Assembly (NCBI GenBank): GCA_025201805.1
Contig: MU619260.1
Coordinates: 47,879-111,878, forward strand
DNA from: Parasitella parasitica NRRL 2501
Taxonomy: Eukaryota > Fungi > Mucoromycota
Length of the DNA stretch: 64,000 bases
Direction: 5' to 3'
In this document: positions 12,009 through 25,783 of the stretch, one piece after another
Layout: every line of letters begins with the position of its first letter
How positions within the stretch are numbered: position 1 is the first letter of the stretch
Program-made: the position numbers and the translations under genes
Notes under the pieces: generated by a model
The model's input: the letters and a program-made list of their open reading frames with translations, nothing else
The model's database searches: none
Told to the model about the DNA's origin: nothing

Positions 12009-15000
12009 TTATACGTTGACTTTACGAGCAAGCTCACTCATCATGCCCAACAGATCTTGGATTGTGAACTCCAAGTGCACGCCAGCATCTGGATAACACT
12101 TTTTGATCAAATCTTCCATTTTTTCGTGCTGGCGAATAAACTCTTCTTGGATTCCACGCCAAACGACCTGCAACAAGCCTTCTTCTTCCGAGAAATGCTT
12201 GTCCACACGCTTATAAAGCTGTTCAAGCGATTTCTTGATTTCTTTGGCTGGAAACATCATGATGACTCGACGGAGTTGGGTTTTGTTGTAGTTCATGTGG
12301 AAAGAGACCTCCTCAGGGGTGCTTGTGTGTGTCATCTGCTCGACGCCTTCGAAAAACTCTAGCAATTTGCCAAGAGGACGGCGGATGATAACCCGGATGT
12401 AAGCATTCAGGCTGTTGTCATATTGGGCCTTTGCATGTTTGATCCATTTTTCTAGCACATGGAGCTTATTTGTTCGCAAGGCATGGTACATGTGGTGCAT
12501 GTTTTCTACATGTAGAATTGCATAGGGTTAGTAGCTAATTGCTGGCTATAGTCTAATCATCACCGCTTACCAATGTACATAATGGTGGCGTTCAATTGCT
12601 CCTTGTCATCGCCTGTTTGGTCGCTCTCACGGGCAATGCTATCCAAGCTTGCCATCATGGCTTGGATAATCTTTTCATACGCTTCACTGACTGTAACGCG
12701 AGTTTCTGATTCAGGCTGCACATTGACAGCTGCCATTTCCATCCTCATGGCAAATACAGGAAAAGTACGGAAAAAGGATAGAATGCCTTTACGCTTCTTG
12801 GACGTAACTTTTGTCTCTTCGATGATGCGCACTTGGTCGGCCTGCAGATGACGATTTACGATTAGTTCTTGGATACTAACAAAGGTCAACTATCCGGTAA
12901 CTTACAATAAAGCTCTCGAACATTTTGGTCAATCTTTGAAGTATGGATTTACACAGACGCAGGGTAAACTCTTGATCGGAGCCATCCCATTTCTCTTGCT
13001 GAAATTCGACAGCTCCCAACATGCTTACTGCTTGGCTATTATGCGGGGAAGGGTAGAAAAATAGTCAGTACATCAGTGTGATATGCGCCTTTTCCATGCC
13101 TACGTGGGGTCGCTTTTAACACCATATTCCAACAAGCCAACTAAATTAGGCTCTAACGTCTCGAAAATGATTTCCATCCATGTCCTATTGGTTACGGTGA
13201 GTGGCATCTTCACATGCTGATATCTGTGCTGCTTACAGAATCTTTTTAGAGATTTTGACATCCCTAATTTTGTCTCTTCGGCTATAAAGATCAGACTTGT
13301 TGGGGACTTGTGAGTACACCATGCCTCTCTCCAAGAAAGACTTGGGCCCATTCAGAGTTTGCTCGAACAAATCACTCATGTAGTTTTGCTCCCGACAAAC
13401 CATCATTACCGCCTGGCTGATCATTTGTGCAAAGGCCTGGATTGAAAAACTCGGATTTTTAAAGACATGTCTAGCTATGATACGGGACACTTACATCGTC
13501 AGCAGCCTTTTCATCTTCATCCACACTAGTACGGCCAGTTCCATTGCTGAAGCTTCCCCCAATAACGCCTTCCACTGAGCCACGAAGCATGTGTCTATAT
13601 CGATGCGGCTTGGAGTCATCTCCTCGTAGATTAGGCGCATAAGCTAATGCTCTGGCTGGACGAGACTCCTCTGGTTTAAAGACTAGCATGGAGGGTTAGA
13701 GCATATTTTAGTATGCGTGCAGTCGGGCTTACTGTATTCGAGCTCATCAACATCTCTTTTACGCAAAGTAACGTAATACGAGCGAGAGCTCTCGATAAGA
13801 TCACAGACATCACGATCATACAAAGGCGCCATAGCCTGAGCATAGCACTGTTTTAAAGGCATTAAATACGCATATTTCTCTTGCGAACCACCAAACACGC
13901 AACTTACACTTTGCAGCTCATTGTACATTCTTGGTTCCATTTCCTTTTCCCAAAGGTTGAATCCTTGGTATTTGATCAGGTTATCCTCGATTGCTTCATG
14001 CGGCTGAGCAACGATAGAGCCACTTTTTCTGGTATCCGCAGGCGAGGCCTTGATTTTGTGATCGAAATAGTGCTTGGCTTGATATTCAAACTGACCTTTC
14101 AAGAATTCGAATATTCTTTCGCTAAACTTATTGCCGTGGATGTTGTAGGTCTCTAAACGCTGTTGAACCGCAGCCATATCTTGCAGACCGTCGCCGAGCT
14201 TTGTCTTTATCACTTTTTGCAGTATTTCTGCGGATTCCTGGATACGAATGACATCGTCTGCTGTTTCCATGGAATCGCTTTGAAGGCTGTCCAAGCATCT
14301 TCTGGGTATAGAGATGGCCGTCTACAATGATTTGAGCATAATTAGAGTCAAAGTCAAGTCGTGTACAAAAAAAGCCGCTTTACCAATAGATTATCCAGTT
14401 CATTTATCAGGGCATGTTGATTTGTATTCAATATCTGGAGAGCTCTGTTCTGAGTCTCGATCTCACGAATATCATCACCCATACTCTAACAACATAGAAG
14501 AGAGAAAATTATGTGTTTAATTCAAATGAAGCAAGTGTATTTTTTTTTTTTTTTTTTGATCAGAAAAAAGTCGAAATGTCTGTAGCAATGGAGGGATGAA
14601 TATATGTAGCAATGCATGTATAGATACAGTGTGGGTGTGTAGGTGGATGTGGAAGTGTATATTAAGCAGTTTCCGTTTTCTTATCACTTACGTTGAGCTC
14701 TGCGCCGTAAAGCGACAACCAACTTTCCATGCTATCCAGCTCCTCCAGCGACTTGTCAATGTGTTCTACGATGGATCTCACTCTCTCGTCCGATTGAATC
14801 ATGGCATGAACATTCGCCTAAAGAGACATGTCAGCCCATATTATTGCTGTCTGTCATTACTTACAGCTTCCAGTGCGTGTAGCTCGCCCAACAACCTCTT
14901 TTCTAACGCTGCAGCATTACCGCTGGCTTTCCAATTGAAATCTGTAAGCAGCTCCTCTACGTTCATCAAAGAGGCCTGCTCTGCTATCTTTTCCTGAATC

Positions 15001-16326
15001 TCCTCGGCCTTCTTTTGACGCTGTTTTTCTTCTTTTACTCGTCGCTCCATTCTGTCACGTTCTCGCTTGGCATCACGGATACGATCTCGTTCTTTGTGTT
15101 CGGCACGATGGGAGTCTTCAGGCGTAGCATAACCGTTGGAAATATCTTCACGGGCTGCTGTGGAAAATAAGTTGATAAAACATTCAAAAAAAAAAAAAAA
15201 AACGTACATGAATGGGTCGACGTCTGTGGAGGAGGAGAAGGCTTTGAAACAGGCTGCTTCTTTGACATGCTACTCTTTACAGGCGATTGATTGTAATTTG
15301 ACGACGGCTGTGAGGATGACGACGGCATGGCTTGCTCCTGCTGTTGACGCTGTTGCAGAGGAGGCGGTGTGGATTGAACATGCTGCTGGTTGTCTGAAAT
15401 TGCATTTGCTGATCGAGAACCCATTGGATTGTACCCTATGCTTGTAGACGGCGAGGGAGGATAAGGGGCATCATGGGCAACTGGAGACTGAGTCATTAGA
15501 TGATGGCTATCCGCATTACTATCAGAGAAATTGGTTGTGATCGTGCTAGTTGAACCCATAGACGGCGCTGACGGATCAGCCAAAACTAAATCAAAAAAAA
15601 AAAAAAGGTTGGCATAAAACTCGGCCATTCAATCACTAGGAGATACTTGCAGCGGAGGATACGAGCTTCGTCAATGTTGGCCAATTTTGGCATACGGGCG
15701 GCTGAACGTCTGCAAGACTATATAAATATATATATACACATTTAATCAATCAACTATCTTGTACATAGGATCCCTCTCTCACATCAATCAAAAACGCTAA
15801 AAAGATCATTTTGTCTTTGCTCCTTTCAACAGCCCACAAATAGGGTTTATTGAGTGTAATCGAAAATTGGTGAGCCTAAAAAAAGAGAGAGAGATGGTGA
15901 GGACACCGAGAGCGCATATTTTGGCAATACCAGCCTACATCAACAATTTGAATCTGCTTGACATCATCCAATGACCATGCTTTACTGATGCTGAATGTGC
16001 CGTTTTGGTTTCTCTTCACCTTCAGTAATCGAATGGCACTCTTTTTTTCTACAAGAAAACGAAATGCACAGTATCAGTAGGATGCCTAGTCAGTAAAGTT
16101 CTGTATTTACGGGTCAAACACAAATAACGGGGTGTTCCCTTGATGTCCTTGCTAGAGTCTGAAGATTGGATATCTTTGTAGGTCTTGACGTGAACTATCA
16201 GCTTTTCTTGGGAGCCTTTCCAGTAAACAAAAGCGACGATTAGCACATGCGTTGGTGGATGAATATTCATACATTACCTGCAGAGAAAAGGTTCGAGACA
16301 AGCGCTTGTCTCATGCCATCAGCCAT
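12009..16326 (-). CDS. SEC3: Exocyst complex component Sec3, multi-exon
   Basis: N-terminal PH-like domain (PRYLCLT, VKRNQNGTFSISKAWSLDD), FNWKASGNAAALEKRLLGELHALEA, IENRALQIL-type coiled coil, C-terminal LYKRVDKHFSEEEGLLQVVWRGIQEEF. Confidence 0.92.
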
Positions 16327-16527
16327 TTTCTTTTTTTCAGTGGGGGGGGGGGTTTATGAGGAAGAAAAAGAGAGGGAGAGGGGAGGCGGAAAAGCACAGT
16401 GTATTATATATACTGTACTTGTACTTGAAATCCAGACAATTGATTCTTAGAACATTTTGTCGGCGCATATTGATTCTTTCATGTTTTAAATTGAGACGCA
16501 TTAAAAGGTTTATTTTAGAGTAGAGTC

Positions 16528-18471
16528 TTATCCAACAATGTAGTCTTCTGCTGTCATTATGATATTCTTTGAATAGACAGTGTCCGTGTTATTTTCAGCA
16601 TCCGAGACACTCAGAACATCAACGCCGCAAATAAGCTTTCCACTTGTAAATGAAACAGCAACAGGGAAGAAGCTGTTGGCGTCGTCACCAGGGATGTTGC
16701 ATTCCAATAATCCAGATTTATTTGAGCTGCTGATAACAGGGAGCTGCCATTCGAGCACTCTTCTGGCGCGGTCAACAAAGTAGCTGCCATCAGCTTGCGA
16801 AACATCCGCAGTTGGTTCAGCACTGGAACTTGCGCATAAGTGAATCGAAAAAAAGACATGCAAAAAGAGTGCCATTACTTACGGTAAAGGAATAGAGATA
16901 ACAACGTCGTGTAATTCCAACTCGTCATTCTCCAGCTCATACTCTACATTGACATCGCAGGTGCCGTCTCCTGCGGGAGATGGCCAGCACGTAACTACGT
17001 GTACTGTGTGATTAGGGTGCCGTCATCTCTCTTGCTTGCCAGACTTACTTGTCAAAGGAACAGCGGTTTCGTCTCTAGTAGATAGCTTCCATCTAACCAC
17101 CTCCAAATTCTGATTAGCTGGGAATGGTCGTGACAGATCTCTCATCTGGACTATATGTTTGTCTTTCCAAGCATTCTTGTCTACGTTGGGATGGGTTTTG
17201 AATTGAATGGAAGCGTCGTCGTTGGCTTGGAGCACTAGCTTGACACGTGCGCTGGAGGGATCTGCAATCGTCAGTGTCAAAACACCTCTCGCTTCCATTT
17301 GTTCTAATCCACCGTCCTTGTTGGCAGTGACCGATACACGCTCCTCAATATCAATGTGAACACTATATGTATATCATAATTAGCCACCCGGCAGCCAGCT
17401 ATTGCACGCAATGACAAACCTTTCTTGGTTGCTGGTGGCAGTCTTTTGGCTGTGAGGAGATGCTGTGTTTAATAATGGTTCCTCGACGTCGGGCTTGATG
17501 GCGTTAAAAAGATCAGCAGCCTTTGGCTTGCGACCAAGTTGCATACCCTTTGCGCTGGATGTAGCAGAAGGTGCATTGCTGGAGGGTCTATTGTAGGATG
17601 ATGGTGATTCTCTCATAGATGGCAGCGAGTCTGACGAAGCAGAAAACCCACCATAGGCTCCCGTGCTATTGCCGGAACTAAAGTTGCCCTGCATGAATGC
17701 TTGGCCCCGCTTCTGGGCTTCCTTTCTTTGCATTTCAAATTGCTTGGCTCTTCTCTTGAGCTCTTCCTTGGCCTCTTGCTCTTTGTTCTACAAAGATGCA
17801 TTAGTATCCCTACGAGACAGCTTCACTGACGTTACCTTGGCGATAATTTCTTGGATTCTCTCCTCGTGGCTCTCCATTTCGATGGAACTCTTTACTTGAG
17901 ACAAGTTGACGTTTTCTCTGTATCCAACCGATATAATCTCGTCAAAGGCGCACAGCAGCTCAAAAGCGCTGCGAAGAATGCTAGCTTCGTCACAGGAACG
18001 GCAGATGTCAGTAACAACACGGGCAAACAGATGAAGAGACTCGATATCTTGCAAGATGTTGGACTATGGTGCATGTGGCATAGTAAGCTATCAGTGCCAA
18101 ATCCTAAGCCGTGTAGAAATTACCTGACGATTCGTAATCAAAACCATGAATAGCTCGTCCAAGGGCTGATAGACGAAGCGAACATGCTCAGTCTCAACAG
18201 TTGTATGTTGCGCACCCGTGCTAGTTAATTTGGGAAAAGAGGCTAAAAGACCCTCAATGCGAGAGCGTTGCATTTCATGGAACTGACGAGAAATAACAGC
18301 TACAGTATACAACAACGGTGAAATGAGCCTTCGAAAGCTTTAGTGTTTGGATATTGAAAATGTACCTTTTCCACTCTTGGTGACGACGGCAGCGGCTAAT
18401 ACAACCTGTTCAAGCATGTAAGAAATTCATAACGCTGTATAATTTTCCTTTGAAAAATGCGAGATTACCAT
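16528..18471 (-). CDS. RET2: Coatomer subunit delta, multi-exon (first exon is the ATG only)
   Basis: [58 protein letters not shown]-terminal mu-homology domain. Confidence 0.95.
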
Positions 18472-18751
18472 AGTATCGTTTATGCTTTAACAAAAAAAAA
18501 AAAAAAGAGATGGAGAGAGAAAAGGACACTTGGCTGTTGGCCCAGCGACGCGATGCCTCTTTTTTAATGAATCATTTGAGTGTTAATCGCGCTGGCTCAA
18601 TATGAATGGATCCAAGGCACTCTGTTTTGGAGTCACGACAACAGTAAGGATTTCATGCTCACATGTAGCACTGAAAAGTCGACAAAAGACACAACATCAT
18701 ATTTATTCGGTCTAGTAGCACAGTTTTATAGAAACAAGATGCATACAGCAC

Positions 18752-20105
18752 TTATATAGGGTTTTGAATACGAGCACGAAGCAGCTGATTGCTGTTCTGC
18801 TTGAAAGCAACCTGTCTAACAAAGTCTTGTTTCTTGGCTGTCTCTTTGATGCCCTCCGCAGTCCTCTGTACCTCCTGCTCCTTTCCGTCTGTAATTGCTA
18901 AATGTCGTCTTTCCTTTCTTCGAAGCGTTTCTGGCTGTTGCTGCGTTTCTTCAACTTCCGGCGCAACAAGCGGCTATTTACAGTACATTGCAATGGATTG
19001 ATTATCAAGTCTATTGCCCAAAATCACGAAAATACAATACCTTCCTGGCTTGATTTTTTCTGTAGTATTTGAGGAATTTTCGATGACCCAATTTGACGCC
19101 GTTCTCTAGCACAAGCTCGTACTGATTTGCATTACCCCCATCGGCATCCGCTGGCTCGATATTCTCAATGTCAAAATCGTAAAACTTCAACAACTGCTCT
19201 GGATCTTCGCTCTCGTCGTACGCCATTTTACAGTGTCCCCGATCTAGCATATGAGCACAAGCAGCAGCAGCTGAATGCCACTCTTTGCCACGGCCATTGC
19301 AATACAAGCATAGCTTTTCATGTTGGATCTTGTCGAACAAGTACTTGACTAGCCCTTGGCGATCTCTAAGGTATTCGATATCAGGTAAAAAGAAACCATG
19401 CGCTTTGGACATGTGGTCGAGGTTGGCATCCATATCACGGTTGCCTTGGTTGCAGAATAAACAATCAGTGGTAGGATAGGCTTGTCTCGACGACGCGGTG
19501 CTGTTTACCATCGCAGCATCTTGGTTGCTGTTTTCGTCTTTTTCTTCAGCCCTCTGTTCCTGTTCTAGATGCTTTTTTGACTGTACATGGTTATTGTATC
19601 CATTTTCAGAGTAATAAGATTTTCTGTACAATGATAAGCACGCTGCAAAAACGATCCACTGCCGCAACTTACTTGCAAAGAGGACATTCATATATCAGGC
19701 CTTGTCTCTCGTGTTCTTCTAAGCCCTGTTGTTGCTGAGCTATATATATATATATATACCAATGTATAAGAACAGCAGCCTTTCACTATATACTACCACA
19801 ATACTGCTGTACTCAACATACCAAGCACTTTTTGCGCAAACTGCTCAGCATTGACCGAGGATAAATTGGCAATCTTGCGCTTCAGGTTATACTTGTGCCA
19901 ACTATCATAGCAATTTCGTTGAGTATTTCAAGTAGACATGGCTATGATTCCCAACTTACTCAGTACGAAAATGATCTCGCTGCTTTCCAGAACTGGGAAA
20001 TGCTACTTGACATGAAAGGCAGGTAAAGATGGCGCTTTTGGGTTCGCTTGGTTTTGGTTGATGGTCCTTGAAAGAGGGGTTAAATTCGGTTTGAATGGTC
20101 GACAT
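18752..20105 (-). CDS. REI1: Pre-60S maturation C2H2 zinc-finger factor Rei1/Reh1 (ZNF622 family)
   Basis: FTCLSCQVAF..QRDHFRTEWHKYNLKRKIA, CLFC..LDHMSKAHGFFLPDIEYL, CLYCNG..HMLDRGHCKMAY, LGHRKFLKYY. Confidence 0.9.
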
Positions 20106-20280
20106 GGCGTCTTCTTTTCTAATGTATAAAGAGGACAAGAAAATGTTCTCTTTTTTATGTTTTTATATATGCCTCTAACCGGTATCATGCAACCGTATTA
20201 CCAAGCACGGTCACTTTGAAAGACGCAGCAAAAACTTGGCTTACAAATACAGAACATGGACCGGTTACTGTCATTTTGCA

Positions 20281-22903
20281 GTTTTTGAAGAAAAAAAAAA
20301 AGGTTCAAGTAGGTATATGATAAAGGTCATGGTGATTGTGATAATATATATTAGGGTTTCTGGTAACAAACCTTCATATTTCTGGTAAAAGCCAAGAAGT
20401 TTCTGAGAGAAGAGATATGTCTCCCTAAAAAGATTTCAAGGGAGGATTTCCATGTTTACAGTAAAAGAGTAATTACTTTTTTTTTCATTCATAGTGAAAA
20501 TAAAAAGAGAATATGTTGTGAAGTAAACTATCTATATCATATCTCCAAGTTCAACGTACCCTTTAAAAAGTTTATGGTTGTCTATTGACACACATCTGTG
20601 ATTCTGGGTGTAAGTGTGTCTGTTGAATTTTTGGATCAAAAATCTTTAATTGGATTCAGGAACGGAGAGCAAGGTTGAAGATAAAAACATTTTTGTCCTT
20701 GATATTTCATGAATTTCTATACAGACAATTTTTTTTATGAATAGGCGTGTTATCCCGGTGGCAGATTGTTTCCTTTTCTCTGGCACTTTCTTACACCTTT
20801 AGCTGATCTGGCGTCTTCTAGTGTCAGACAAGTACACCAAACTGGGTTCTCTATATCCAGTTCCATAGTAGAACAGCTGGTCAAACCTGTGCCATTTTTT
20901 CCATAATATTGGAATGGTTCAAAAATGTGTATCTTTGCAAAGCTAGCCATGTAGATTTTAGGCGCCTGATGTTTTTTTTTTTTTNNNNNNNNNNTTCAGT
21001 GTGTTGTTGTCGGAAAAAAACTGCAAAAACACTATGTACAACGATCTCAAACATAAAAGCAAGTAATTCAGAATAATGCATTAGACTAAAAGACATCTTT
21101 TGATCACACATTTGCATAGTTTAGAGTAAGATTTTGTGCTTTGTAAGTGGACATCAGATTGAAGGTAGCGACTTTTTTGACTTTTTTTTCGGAAAAGTAT
21201 TTTTCAAAATCGGAGCGTGAGATCGTCAGGTCAAGTGCAGACATGCAAGTACTATCATCAGAAAGCAGAGAAGCATACCATTTAAATAAACTAAATTTCA
21301 ATTTTTTTTCTTTTGAATTGGGTAAGATATGGCTTCCCAAAGCTAATAATTTCTTCAAAAAAAAACATCATTTTTCTTTGATAGCGGAGATTAAACGTGT
21401 CCAAAATCAGGAAAGAAAATTTCTTTCAGAAACTCCATTTGGACAAAAAGAAAACAAAATTACTCCTTTGAGGCAAGATATCATCCTCTGTTACTATGCA
21501 TACCACGGCTGTCAGTCTATGATAATAGCTGTATTTTTGGGCACGCTACACGATGGTGTTATTTTCATAATTCCCGTATGCCTATGGAAGGAACCCTGCC
21601 GAAAAATCTCAAAAACAGATTAAGAGGGAAAAGTCAATATTTTGCTTAATCAGAGCGCATTTTCAGTCTTTCAGATCATGGAATGGTCTTTTACGATCAT
21701 TTTCTTCCAGCATATGCTATAGTAAAAAGTTGCATTTTTGAGGTCAAAATTGAGGATAATGCACAATCAATGACTTTGGATGCGTGGATACAAGGAAAAA
21801 ATTGAGAAAATCCATGATTTTGCATCGAAAAAAAAATCATGCTCAAATTGCACCAAAATCATATATAATATAGTTTCTTCCCAATGGATACTATTTTTGA
21901 TGTTTTCAGGGCACTTTTGATTATAAAAATCAGCCAAAAAATGGCACACAAAGCTAAAGTTCTTGCTTTTAAGCTGTAAAAAATACCTATTTGGAGATGA
22001 TATCTCGTCATTATCAATTCTAGTACATGACGCAGCTCCACAAAGTAAGTATTTTGATGCCAAAAGTATGCCTTTTTAACTCAACAGATGTAGCATGAAA
22101 TGAAAATGCAAAGTTATGAAAATAGATACTGTCAGTTGCTTGAATATGCTATGATATTTGAAAAGACATATATATAAAGGAGAAAACAGAATGAAATGGT
22201 TATTTTAATCTTTGAATTGAGAAATAAACTGCCATTGTATAAATGCATAGTTTGACAGATTCGTAAAACTAAATGTCTTAATAGTATCTGCAGCTTGATA
22301 CTTTGACAGTTTTGTAATTAAACCATATTTTAGTTTAAATACCTTTGCAGTTCTATATACTTGTCTAAATATTTGAGCCTATTTGGATGTCTGATATCTA
22401 ACGGATATACTTGAAATAATTTATCAACATTTAAACATTATGGAATTCAAACAATTTTGTATTGTGGTCCGTTGATAATTGTTCAGTTTCAGGTTCTGAA
22501 GCGCATGTCATTAGTGTCAATAAAGAATTTTCATTGCATTGAAAAATGGATAAAAAAAAACCCTCAAATAGCCATTCATATATATATATATATATATATA
22601 TAAAACCTATTGCTCCTGCACAATGGCTGTTTAATCAAAAATAAAATAATTCAATTTCGCATATCATTATAAAATGTTCTCTATTCTTGGGCTTATTAAT
22701 TTAAAATAGAAATCTAAAAATGCGATTGTATTTAATACTTCTTGTCCCTACTTGAAATATTCTTAGGGGGGATATTTCTCTTTTCTCAGAAACTTGTCAG
22801 TTTTCATCAGAAATAAAAAAAAAAGGTTTGTAATCAAAAACCCTAATATATACAAACACCGTGACATTTTAATCATTCACTTGTACTTTTCTTTTCAGAA
22901 ACC
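20281..22903. mobile_element. Old degenerate terminal-inverted-repeat element with decayed internal ORFs
   Basis: 20345-20440 (tatatattagggtttctggtaacaaacctt...aagtttctgagagaagagatatgtctccctaaaaagatttcaag) is an imperfect reverse complement of 22751-22852; interior has only broken ORFs; no TSD found. Confidence 0.6.
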
Positions 22904-23647
22904 ATAAAGAGGCTGTATGATGCTCGCCCGAACTTGAAAAAAGCAGGCCTTCTAAAAGCTACAGATCAACATTTGCCCACAAATGGGGTTTGTCAAAAAC
23001 AAGGCGACAAAAGACAGATTCCAGCAACTAAACTGCAGTTCGATTCAATGCCAAGTGAAAAAAAGCAGCTTTTACTTGAAAACTGCATACAACAAGATTA
23101 TTGTAGTATATTTGTATCCGAATGCTTTTGTTTGGCCACTGCTTCGTACTAAAAACGACATGTTTTCAACAAGGTCTCGCTTTTAAATCCGTTGTAAAGA
23201 ATTTTGGCAGGAGGGAGGGCAACAAAGAACAATGTATTTCCAACGCCCTCTATATCACTAGTTACTATTACAAAAGTACATATCAATTGCCTTATATATT
23301 GGCAATTTACTCTTGTATATGAATATTTAATATAAGCATGCGGACATGATACAGTGCATTTACAATTAATCATTTTAGATCGGTTGGGAAGAATCCCATT
23401 ATCACAAAAGGAATAGATCAGCCGAGACAATTCATGCGGCGCAAGCACGCAATAATTATGCTGGTAGCCAAGATCAAATGAAAAAGGCTAAATATATTTA
23501 CCTTCAATATCTGCATTTCACATCAAGTAAGCAGAATCCCAGACATAGCAGGCGCGCCCTTTCGAAAGAGGGATTAAAAGTGTCACTTTTCGTATCAGCA
23601 CTTTTTCTTTTCTTCTCATACTTTATATATATATATACATAATCGAA

Positions 23648-24756
23648 ATGTTGGATAAATACGACCCCTCTACTTATAATCACCAATATGCCAAGATCAA
23701 TGGCATTCACATGCATTATGTTGACGAGAACAAATCTTCCTCAAAGGCTTTGCTGCTTATTCATGGCTGGCCTGACCTGTAAGTTGAAATAATAAAAAAA
23801 AATGTATGCATCGCCGTGACAAAAGCCAACATTTATACACCAGCTGGATTGGCTGGAGAGAGCAAATTGCCTTCCTTGCAGAGCTCGGTTATCGAGTCAT
23901 TGTACCCTCTCTTCGTGGTTTCGGTGAAACAGTAAGTAATTAATTGAGTCCAACAGAGGTAAATGTTCGTGTGCATAATTTCTCTTTGGCTACTCAGGAA
24001 GGCCCTGCAGATCCTGCTGAATACGGCTTTGGCACTGTCTCTGATGATTTAGCTGGTCTTTTGGACCACCTGCAGATTCCTACAGTTACAGTAATCGGTC
24101 ATGATTGGGGAGGAGCCGTTACATGGCGTTTCGGCCAATTTTATCCCAACAGAGTCAGAGCTCTTGCTAGTTTCTGTACTCCTTATACCGCTCCTGCCAA
24201 GCAAGATGTCACTCTGGAGCAGATTGTCCAGGTCCTTCCCAACTTTAAATATCAGTTATACTTGAACACTCCCGAAGCTGAGAAGGATATCAACGAGAAT
24301 GTCGGCAAATTCTTCCGTCGTATATTCCGTCCTGTTACTGACATGGCCGGTCAACCTTTGATTGATCCCAAGACTGGCAAGCTGGCTGAAGGCCGTCCAG
24401 ACAGACCCCGCAGTGAAAAAGTGCCTGAAAAAGTGATGGATTACTATATTGAATGGTACACTAAGCAAGGTGCTCGTGGAGGGTTGAATTGGTACAAACA
24501 AACCCACAACAACTTTGTCCAGTGCAAGGACTTGGACCCTATCATCAAGAAGCCTTCCATGATGGTCATTGCTGAGCTTGACAAGGCATTGCCTCCCTCT
24601 ATGGCTGAGAAGATGCCAGACTTTATTCCTGGCATCGAGATGCACTTTGTTGCTGGCTCTGGACATTGGATTTTGTGGGAGAAACCCGATGAGTGCAACA
24701 AGTTTTTGAGGGAATTCCTTGCCAAGGTTGATCCCATTGTCGTCAACAAGTTGTAA
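23648..24756 (+). CDS. Soluble epoxide hydrolase-like alpha/beta hydrolase, 3 exons
   Basis: HGWPDL-W, LRGFGET, nucleophile GHDWGG, GGLNWYK, GHWILWEKP; ends VNKL*. Confidence 0.9.
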
Positions 24757-25783
24757 ATATTCATAATTTCCTGAATAAAAATTAAAAATAAAAACCTTGT
24801 ACAACGATTTTTACATTATGCGGTATGTTGGCGAGTGTGTCTGATATTACACTTTTTGAGTTATATACAGATAAACACCTTGTAGGCAACACTTGACAAG
24901 ACTGGCAACCATTATCTCACGCAAATACGACCATCTAGTGCCAAACTATATTATTTCGTAGTGCTATATTACTATTCAGACTTCTCCTGATGCTGAAAAC
25001 AGTACGTACTTTATGCACCGTTTTTCAGCTTTTTTCCAATCCTTAGTTTTTTGGGTGATTTGGCATGAGGTGTCCCACATGAATTCATTGATGCATTTAC
25101 TTTATATCTTATAAAGCTAATACCATCCAAAAAAAAAAAAAAAAAAAAAAATCGTCATTTTGACAAAATGCGATTTTTGACTCCAAAAACGAGGTTTTTT
25201 GTTGCAGTAACCTTAGACTTGGATTAATTCTGGGGAATAGATGCTTTGACTCATGCAATTAATTTGAAGGTTCAGTAGTGAATATTTCGACTTTTAGCAA
25301 AAAAAAAAAAAACGCGGTTTTTTACTTTTGGATCTTTCTCAAATTTTTAAATGTAAAATTTGTAGATCTTTGCACCATTAGATGCGTTGATGAGTATAGT
25401 CCTTGGCACGCTTAATCCATATTTTGTATTAAACTAATAATATCTGGTGATAAACGTAAAATGCAATTTTTTTTTTTTTTTTTTACATTTTGGGCATTCT
25501 GAACTGTTTTGAAGAAATTCAACGAGCCGGGCCTTGAAACGATTTTGGCTGGCTGAAGCAGTTGTACTGATTACGGATGGTTTCTTTACTGATAAACTCT
25601 ACTGCAACAGCAAGCAAAATTAAAAATTACTCGTGTTGAGTGAAATGAAAATTATAGCCCTTCTTTAATGTAATGATATAACCGCTCACCAATTCCCTTG
25701 CGTACTTATGATTTGTAGTATTAGATTTGCTTATTATTACTTGCCAGCTTTATTTTTATAATGAGTATATGGGGTTTTCTTTT

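Noticed and set aside
25000-25570. Possible MITE between the epoxide hydrolase and TAF5
   Set aside because: Only a 6-bp terminal match (CAGTAC/GTACTG), weak internal similarity and no convincing TSD
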